Shown here piece after piece: positions 57,850 through 64,000 of a stretch of 64,000 nt of DNA (position 1 is its first letter; the number at the start of each line of letters is the position of its first letter). The notes under the pieces are model-generated. The model saw nothing but the letters and a program-made list of their open reading frames with translations, ran no database searches and was not told where the DNA came from. Made by a program: the position numbers and the translations under genes. This DNA comes from Rhodanobacteraceae bacterium (lineage in GTDB: Bacteria; Pseudomonadota; Gammaproteobacteria; Xanthomonadales; Rhodanobacteraceae), in NCBI GenBank assembly GCA_036278635.1, contig DASUKQ010000165.1, forward strand, positions 4,607 through 68,606. The letters run 5' to 3'.

Positions 57850-58133
57850 GCAGGAGCGCGCCTGCGCGCGATTGGCTACCAACAATGCGACGCAAAGATC
57901 GTGCCGGTCGCCTGCAGGCAGGCTCCTGCACAAGCAAGCCGTGGCGTAACAATTCGCGTCCTGCGGTATTCGCCTTCCACCGCAGGAGCGCGCCTGCGCG
58001 CGATTGACTACCAACCATGCGACGCAAAGATCGTGCCGGTCGCCTGCAGGCAGGCTCCTGCACAAGCAAGCCGTGGCGTAACAATTCGCGTCCTGCGATA
58101 TCCGCCTTCCACCGCAGGAGCGCGCCTGCGCGC
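57850..58133. repeat. 132-bp tandem repeat, 2.15 copies, GCAGGAGCGCGCCTGCGCGCGAT family
   Basis: Unit heads at 57850, 57982 and 58114, an exact 132-nt period. The two full units are nearly identical. Confidence 0.9.
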
Positions 58134-58159
58134 ACGGGAGAAGCGAAACGGATCCCACC

Positions 58160-61006
58160 CTACGCTGCGAAATCGAAACCCGCGCGGCGCGCGACATCCA
58201 GCACCTTGGCACAGCGCGCATCCAGCACGAGGTCCCGCGGCACCACCCGGTGCTGGCCGGCGAGCGTCGCCGACAGGGCGCGCGCAAGCAGCTCTGCGTG
58301 CGCAACGTGCAAGGCCTCCACGTCTTCGCCGGACAACACCCCGGCGCGCGCGCAGGCCGCAAGCAGACGCGGCGTGTCGCCATGGACGGCCAGATCGGGC
58401 TCCGCGTGCGCGTGGACCAGCACCAGCCCCTGCAGCAGGAACTGGATGTCCAGCAACGCACCGGCGCCCTGCTTGAGATCAAGGTAACCAGCATTGGAGC
58501 GGTCGCGCTGGCCCCGCCATTCCGCGCGCATCCGGCGCACGTCCGCGATCACCTGCGCAGGCGCACGCTCGCGCCGCATGATCTCACCGCGTTCGCGCGC
58601 GAAGGCCTCGCCCAACGCGACGTCGCCCGCCACCATGCGCGCGCGCACCAGCGCCTGTTGCTCCCAGGTCCAGGCGCGTTCGCGCTGGTAGGCGATGAAC
58701 GCCGACAGGCTCGCGACCAGCAGCGATTTGCCGCCATCGGGGCGCAACCGGGTGTCGACTTCGTACAACCGTCCGCCGCGCGTCGACGCCGACAGCCAGT
58801 GCACCACCCGCTGTGCCAGTCGCGCGTACCAGCGCGCGCCGTCCAGCGGCCGTGCGCCATCACTGCTCGCCTCGCCGCGCGCGGGATCGTAGACGAACAC
58901 GAGGTCGAGATCGGAATTGAAGCCGAGCTCCCCGCCGCCCAGGCTGCCGTAACCCAGTACCGCGATGCCGCTGCCTGCGCCCGGCGGGTGGCCATGTTGG
59001 GCGTCCAGCTCGCGCTCGGCGAGGTCCAGCACCGCGCCGACCACGGCGTCGGCGAGTTCCGCCAACGCACGCGCCGTCGCGATGGCATCGACATCGCCAT
59101 CGCGGAACGCAAGTCCGGTGCGCATACGATAACTGCCACGCCATTCGGCGATCGCCGCGAGCACCGCCTCGGGATCCCCGCCCGCCTGCGCGGCCACGAG
59201 TTGCTGCCCGAGTTCCGCGCGCAGGTTCGCGACGCCGCGGGCGAGGTATTCCACGCGCGGCGCCAGCACGTCGTCGAGCAGCAGCGGCTGCGCGATCACG
59301 CGTTCGGCCAGGAATGCACTGTCCGCGCACAACGTCGCCACCCGTTCCCGCGCGGCGGGTTGTTCCTGCAGCAACGCGAGATACGCCGAACGCCTTGAGA
59401 CCGCCTGCACCAGCCGGCACAGCCGGAGCAATGCGTCGGCGGGCTCGGAGGTCGCCGACGCCGCGTCGACGAGGTCCGGCATGAGGTGTTCGATGCGACG
59501 CGCCGAACGCGCACTGAGTCCGTGCAGTCCCGCGACCTGGCGCAGCGCATCCAGGCAAGGCTCTGGCGGCGCAAAACCCGCGACCGCCAAGGTTGCGTGG
59601 TCGAGGTTGCCTTCCCGGAGGCGTCGCCAGATTCGCGCTCCGTCGCGCTGCGACGCCTGGCTGCCGCGTGGGGGCTCGGCATCGTCGCGAGGCTGCAATA
59701 CGTCCACGAAAATCGCCGAGACCCGCTCCCGCTGCCGGTTCAGTGCGACCGTCAGCGCCTGCCACCCCGGGTAATCCAGGGCCCCGGCGAGCCGTGCGCG
59801 GTCGGTCGCATCGACGAACAGGGTGTGGGTCTGGCGATCGCCGAACATCTGCAGACGGTTCTCCAGCCGCCGCAGGAACAGGTACGCCTCGCGCAGCGCG
59901 CGGGCCTGGCGCTGCGACAGATAGCCGCGTGCCGCGCAGGCCTCGAGCGCCGGCAGCAGGCCGCGGGCGCGCAGGCTGGCGTCGCGGCCGCCACGGATCA
60001 GTTGCTGCAACTGCACCACGAATTCGATCTCGCGGATGCCGCCGGCGCCGAGTTTCAGGTCGTCGGCCAGGTCGCGACGCGCAACCTCCGCGTCGATCAG
60101 GGCCTTCATGTCGCGCAGCCCGGCCAGCGCGGTGTAATCGAAATAGCGCCGGTATACGAACGGCCGCAGGATCTCCAGAAGCCGCTTGCCTGCCGCGAGA
60201 TCGCCCGCAACGGGTCGCGCCTTGATCCACGCGTAGCGCTCCCAGTCGCGCCCCTCGCGCTGGTAGTACTGTTCCATTGCCGCGAACGACGCCGCCACGG
60301 GACCAGCCTCGCCGAACGGCCGCAGCCGCAGGTCGACGCGCGCGGCGATGCCGTCGGCGGTCGCCTCGGTCATCAGCCGCACGAATTCGCGCGCGACCCG
60401 CGCAAAAAATTCGATGTTGTCCAGCGGGCGCGCACCATCGGTTGCGCCGCCTTCCGGGTACGCCAGCACCAGGTCGACGTCGGACGAGAAATTGAGTTCG
60501 CCGCCACCCAGCTTGCCGAGCGCCACGACCACCATCGCCTGTGGCTCGCCTTCGGCATTGCGCGGCGTGCCGTGCCGCGCGCGCGCAGCATTTTCGGCGT
60601 GCTGCAACGCCGCGCGGATCAGGATCTCGTACAGTGCGGTCGTGCCGGCCAGCGTGTCAGTCACCTCGTCGAGGCCATTGACGTCGCGGAACACCAGGCG
60701 CACCGACTCGGCGCGCCGGAACCGCCGCAACGCGGCGAGCACGTCGCCGGAGGGATCCCGCAACACGCCAGCGCGCGCTGTCGCCGGCGCCGGATCGCGC
60801 AGCCGCTCCAGCCCGTCGGCGGTCAACAAGCCGGGGTCCGCGCGCAACGCCTCGAATGCAAAATCGCTGGCCAGCAGCAGGCGGCGCACGCGCTCGCCGA
60901 CCCCGGCGTCGTCGTGCATCACCACGCCGGCGGCGCGGCAATGCGCGGCCAACTCGGCATAACGTTCGGCAACGAGGTGTTCGATCGCGGGCGGCAGCGG
61001 CGGCAT
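58160..61006 (-). CDS. glnE: bifunctional glutamine synthetase adenylyltransferase / adenylyl-removing enzyme
   Basis: Two nucleotidyltransferase domains (GKLGGGELNFSSDVDLV and GYGSLGGGELGFNSDLDLVF). Start set at the ATG at 61006 (MPPLPPAIEHLVAERY); the ORF extension to 61414 is rejected. Confidence 0.92.
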   Translation of the reverse strand: MPPLPPAIEHLVAERYAELAAHCRAAGVVMHDDAGVGERVRRLLLASDFAFEALRADPGLLTADGLERLRDPAPATARAGVLRDPSGDVLAALRRFRRAESVRLVFRDVNGLDEVTDTLAGTTALYEILIRAALQHAENAARARHGTPRNAEGEPQAMVVVALGKLGGGELNFSSDVDLVLAYPEGGATDGARPLDNIEFFARVAREFVRLMTEATADGIAARVDLRLRPFGEAGPVAASFAAMEQYYQREGRDWERYAWIKARPVAGDLAAGKRLLEILRPFVYRRYFDYTALAGLRDMKALIDAEVARRDLADDLKLGAGGIREIEFVVQLQQLIRGGRDASLRARGLLPALEACAARGYLSQRQARALREAYLFLRRLENRLQMFGDRQTHTLFVDATDRARLAGALDYPGWQALTVALNRQRERVSAIFVDVLQPRDDAEPPRGSQASQRDGARIWRRLREGNLDHATLAVAGFAPPEPCLDALRQVAGLHGLSARSARRIEHLMPDLVDAASATSEPADALLRLCRLVQAVSRRSAYLALLQEQPAARERVATLCADSAFLAERVIAQPLLLDDVLAPRVEYLARGVANLRAELGQQLVAAQAGGDPEAVLAAIAEWRGSYRMRTGLAFRDGDVDAIATARALAELADAVVGAVLDLAERELDAQHGHPPGAGSGIAVLGYGSLGGGELGFNSDLDLVFVYDPARGEASSDGARPLDGARWYARLAQRVVHWLSASTRGGRLYEVDTRLRPDGGKSLLVASLSAFIAYQRERAWTWEQQALVRARMVAGDVALGEAFARERGEIMRRERAPAQVIADVRRMRAEWRGQRDRSNAGYLDLKQGAGALLDIQFLLQGLVLVHAHAEPDLAVHGDTPRLLAACARAGVLSGEDVEALHVAHAELLARALSATLAGQHRVVPRDLVLDARCAKVLDVARRAGFDFAA

Positions 61007-61086
61007 GCGGTCATTATGCGATCGTCCCTGGTCGCTGCGCCGCTCGACGCACAGGCAAGCAGAATCATCCACGGCTCGCGGCGCAC

Positions 61087-61132
61087 CAGAACGGCCTTCC
61101 CTAGCCTGACTTCTCACAACAGCCGCTTCGAG
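61087..61132 (+). repeat. REP copy, CAGAACGGCC...CCTGACTTCTCACAACAGCCGCTTCGAG
   Basis: Aligns with 33807-33885. Confidence 0.8.
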
Positions 61133-61220
61133 CCAACATCGTGGCAGCGGGTGCGGCCGCCTGAAATCGTTCATCCGGGTTGGGGTACGCTCTTGCGTCG
61201 GCCTTCCGTCCACCGCCCGC

Positions 61221-63158
61221 ATGGCTTCTCCAACAGCTCCCGACACGGCACGCCATTCCCCCGCCGCCCGCATTGCGGTCATCGTGGCGCTCGCGATCGC
61301 GTTCGTCCTGTGCACGGCGTGGTTCGATGGTGGCAAGGACATCGTGCCGTTGTCACTGTGGATGCACCCCGACTGGATGCCATGGTGGAACACCCCGCTG
61401 CGGATGTTCTGCAATGCGTTGCCGGGCCTGTTGCTGGCGGGCGTCCTGTTGGCGTGGACCCGCCGCGCGGGCTGGTCGTTCGTGCTCGCGTTCGGGATCC
61501 AGACACTGCTCTACGGCGTCAACACGATCAAGGTCCACAACCTCGCGATCCCGCTGATGCCCGCCGATTTCCGACTGCTCGGACAACTCGGGGCGGGGGT
61601 CGGCGAGCTGCTCTCGGGGTATCTGCCCCACGTTGCGCTGCTGCTGGTGGCGTTGCTCGTCGTCATCGTGATCCTGGTCTTCTGGTTCCGGGTCGAACCG
61701 CCGTTGTTGCCCCGACGTTCGCGTCCGTGGCGCGCCGGTTTCGCGGTCGTGCTGTTTGCGGCGCTGGTCACCCTGACGGCGGCGGTACCGTTCTGGAACG
61801 GGTTGTACAACCCCAAACTGCTGGGGATGCAGCCGTGGTCGCCGATGGCCACCCGACAGCACAACGGACTGATCGGCTCGTTGATGCTGTTCCACCTGCA
61901 ATACGGCGCACAACACCGCAAGGCCAACGTGCCCGATGCGCTCGCGCTGATGGCCGAATACGAGCCGCAGATCGCCGCACGCACACGGGCGCCGGCCGCG
62001 GAGACGCAGAAACCCGACATCGTCGTGATCCTCTCCGAATCGTTTTTCGATCCGACGATCATGAACGGCTACCCGCCCGGCACGGACCTCACGCCGAACC
62101 TGCATCGCCTCGAACGGCACGGGGTTTCGGGATGGCTGCACGTGCCGACCTTCGGCGGCGGCACCATCCGCACCGAATTCGAAGTGCTGACCGGGTTGCC
62201 GCTTCGCTACTTCCCGGAAGTGCAGTTTCCGTACCTGCAGATCCACCGGAAGGAGATTCCGGGCATCGTGCGCACACTCGAGAAAATCGGATACAGGACA
62301 CTGGCCGTGCACGGCAACAATCCGGGTTTCTGGAATCGCACCGAAGCCTTCAAGGAACTCGGGTTCGACAAGTTCATCTCGATCGCCGACTTTCCGCCCA
62401 ACGACGATGCCGACGACGGCAAGTACATGTCGGACAAGGCGTTCACCGACGAGGTACTTCGCCAGTTGCCGGCTTCGGGGCCGCCGCGGTTCGTGCTCGG
62501 CATCAGCATCGAGGCGCACGGCCCGTACGACCAGAGCTACGGCATCGACAGCGCGGCACGTGACGCGATCCCGGTCCCGAAGGGCGTCACCGATTCACAG
62601 GCCAAACTGGAGCTGCAGAATTACATCTACCACATGCAGCACGCCGACCGGCAATTGGGTCGCCTCGTCGATACGCTTGCGCAGCGCAAACGCCGCACCC
62701 TGGTCGTGTTTTTCGGCGACCACCTGCCGGCGCTGGTCCCGGCGTTCCAGCAAGCCGGATTCACGAATGGTGAGGGTTTTCTGGAGCAGACGGTGCCCTA
62801 CGTCCTGATCGATACCGCACACATGGATCATGCGACACGACAAAACGTGGCGGCATGGCAGTTGCCCGGGATGCTGCTCGACAAGGCCGACATCCGCGAC
62901 CCGTGGTTCGTGTTGACACAGTTGGTCGGTCCGGAACTGGCGTCGCTGACCCGCGCCCCGGATGCACCCGTCGCTCCGGAAACCGCGCAACAAAAGCGAC
63001 TCGACGAAGGCATGCGCAACGTCGCCGACCTGCGCCTGCATGACAAGCTGGACGCGCTCTGGCCCAGGGCGGCTGCGATGGCACGGCAACGTCCGTCACC
63101 CGAGACGCAGCCGGCGACCACGCACGCGTCGTCGCTGGCCGCCCACGGCGCCGGATGA
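61221..63158 (+). CDS. LTA-synthase / phosphoglycerol-transferase family sulfatase-fold membrane protein
   Basis: 5 N-terminal TM segments, then DIVVILSESFFDP...GGGTIRTEFEVLTG...VHGNNPGFWNRTEAF...GDHLP. Confidence 0.85.
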   Translation: MASPTAPDTARHSPAARIAVIVALAIAFVLCTAWFDGGKDIVPLSLWMHPDWMPWWNTPLRMFCNALPGLLLAGVLLAWTRRAGWSFVLAFGIQTLLYGVNTIKVHNLAIPLMPADFRLLGQLGAGVGELLSGYLPHVALLLVALLVVIVILVFWFRVEPPLLPRRSRPWRAGFAVVLFAALVTLTAAVPFWNGLYNPKLLGMQPWSPMATRQHNGLIGSLMLFHLQYGAQHRKANVPDALALMAEYEPQIAARTRAPAAETQKPDIVVILSESFFDPTIMNGYPPGTDLTPNLHRLERHGVSGWLHVPTFGGGTIRTEFEVLTGLPLRYFPEVQFPYLQIHRKEIPGIVRTLEKIGYRTLAVHGNNPGFWNRTEAFKELGFDKFISIADFPPNDDADDGKYMSDKAFTDEVLRQLPASGPPRFVLGISIEAHGPYDQSYGIDSAARDAIPVPKGVTDSQAKLELQNYIYHMQHADRQLGRLVDTLAQRKRRTLVVFFGDHLPALVPAFQQAGFTNGEGFLEQTVPYVLIDTAHMDHATRQNVAAWQLPGMLLDKADIRDPWFVLTQLVGPELASLTRAPDAPVAPETAQQKRLDEGMRNVADLRLHDKLDALWPRAAAMARQRPSPETQPATTHASSLAAHGAG

Positions 63159-63335
63159 ATCAACGCGGGAGGTACCGCGCTGCCTTGCGGAGGCTTGCAA
63201 CGACACGCTCACCGAGGCACCGGGGGGCGCTGTCCGGGCCAACGCACGCGGCAAGCATCCGCGCACGCACGCGCCAACGACGTCTGACGGGCGCGGTGCG
63301 ACAATTTGCCGCATTGCCGGACACGCGGGCGTGCC

Positions 63336-63354
63336 TATCATGCGAATAATTATC
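63336..63354. promoter_or_regulatory. candidate Fur box upstream of the TonB-dependent receptor
   Basis: tatcatgcgaataattatc matches 14 of 19 positions of GATAATGATAATCATTATC by hand alignment, 38 nt upstream of the receptor ATG. Confidence 0.35.
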
Positions 63355-63391
63355 ACTTGCATGGAACACGAGCTTGTTCGTGGGGATACTC

Positions 63392-64000
63392 ATGGCCGCG
63401 TCGGCGGCTTCCGGCGTTGCGTCCATGGCCCCGTCGCCGCAGACCCTGCCGACTGTCAACGTGGAAGCCGCGCCATTGCCGTCCGCACCCGTCGGCGTGA
63501 GCGTGCGCACGACGCGCAAGCAGTTGGCGAAGCAGAACATCGCCGACAGTGCGGCGGTGCTGCGTTACTTTCCCAACCTGCAAGTGCGCCAGCGCTACAT
63601 CGGCGACCCCAATGCCATCATCAGCGGGCGCGATTCCGGCACCCTGCAGAGCGCACGCAGCCTGGTCTATGCCGACGGCCTGCTGCTTTCCAACTTCATG
63701 ACCAATGGCTGGAACGGCGGGCCGCGCTGGGGAATGGTGGCGCCGCAGTCGATCGAGTCGGTGGAGGTGCTGTACGGGCCGTACTCCGCGCTATATCCGG
63801 GCAACTCGATCGGCAACACCGTGCTGATCCACACCCGGCTGCCGGATGGCTTCACCGCCGGCGCCGCTGCGCAGTTTCTCTCGCAGGACTACCACGACGA
63901 TTACGGTGCGCGCAGCCGCTACGACGGGCATCGTCTCGCGGCACACCTGGGCGACCACAACGGACGCTGGCGCTGGCTGGTGTCGGTCGACCAGCTCGAC
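63392..64000 (+). CDS. TonB-dependent receptor, N-terminal plug region (partial; runs off the window)
   Basis: Absent from the ORF track because it has no stop. My own translation is ...LPTVNVEAAPL...SVRTTRKQLAKQNIADSAAVLRYFPNLQVRQRYIGDPNAIISGRDSGTLQSARSLVYADGLLLSN...VESVEVLYGPYSALYPGNSIGNTVLI, which looks like a plug domain. The start is uncertain: the signal peptide is weak, and in-frame TTG 63374 and GTG 63380 are possible. Confidence 0.8.
   Translation, partial: MAASAASGVASMAPSPQTLPTVNVEAAPLPSAPVGVSVRTTRKQLAKQNIADSAAVLRYFPNLQVRQRYIGDPNAIISGRDSGTLQSARSLVYADGLLLSNFMTNGWNGGPRWGMVAPQSIESVEVLYGPYSALYPGNSIGNTVLIHTRLPDGFTAGAAAQFLSQDYHDDYGARSRYDGHRLAAHLGDHNGRWRWLVSVDQLD

Noticed and set aside
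57850-58133. Possible CRISPR array, considered also for 3910-4160.
   Set aside because: These are contiguous tandem repeats of 132 and ~94 bp with no unique spacers between short repeats, and no cas genes lie in the window.
56590-58494. 634-aa minus ORF spanning the ELM1 gene and the 132-bp repeats.
   Set aside because: Antisense to the ELM1-family gene, then a read-through of repeat DNA. No domains.
58160-61414. The 136-codon N-terminal extension of glnE.
   Set aside because: The extension crosses a REP copy (61087-61132). GlnE homology begins at MPPLPPAIEHL (61006).
59486-62563. 1025-aa + ORF, the longest in the track.
   Set aside because: Antisense to glnE, then out of frame across the LTA-synthase-like gene. 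Extreme Arg/Ala/Gly content.

Overview
This is a high-GC chromosomal segment; hand-counted 60-nt lines give about 63-70 % G+C. Gene order and the dense REP-like intergenic repeats suggest Xanthomonadales/Lysobacterales, possibly Rhodanobacteraceae or Xanthomonadaceae, but that placement is inference only. I support about 55 protein genes, almost all housekeeping. In window order they are: prlC (partial), a cNMP-binding patatin lipase, aroE, a RimK-like ligase with a GNAT, lptM-dapF-DUF484-xerC, a TonB-dependent receptor with a TPR-sulfotransferase, hslVU, an SNF2 helicase, gpsA-secB, rpmB-rpmG, an acyl-CoA desaturase, an ABC-2/GldG/DUF4340 set, mutM, glnB, ubiK-comM, aceBA with a divergent LysR regulator, arfB, rep, an LPS-core cluster (lpxL, GT2, O-antigen-ligase family, GT4, ELM1), glnE, an LTA-synthase-family protein, and a second, partial TonB-dependent receptor. 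I saw no rRNA, tRNA, CRISPR array, transposase or prophage. The most interesting region is an accessory islet at about 36.6-42.6 kb. It holds a GIY-YIG gene bracketed by inverted-repeat elements, then a three-gene RiPP-like module: an 85-aa NHLP/Nif11-like peptide, a stand-alone SagB-type dehydrogenase, and a membrane nucleotidyl-cyclase/TPR protein. A cNMP-binding GGDEF protein sits next to the module. As far as I know the module is defined only computationally and has no known product or chemistry. The second theme is several dispersed repeat families. One is a GGGACYC heptad family with G-quadruplex potential that forms MITE-like inverted pairs and has been absorbed into the 3' ends of hslV, lpxL and a GT2 gene. 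Others are REP families that supply the stop codons of flanking genes. Many long ORFs in the supplied track are antisense or out-of-frame shadows typical of high-GC DNA, and I rejected them.
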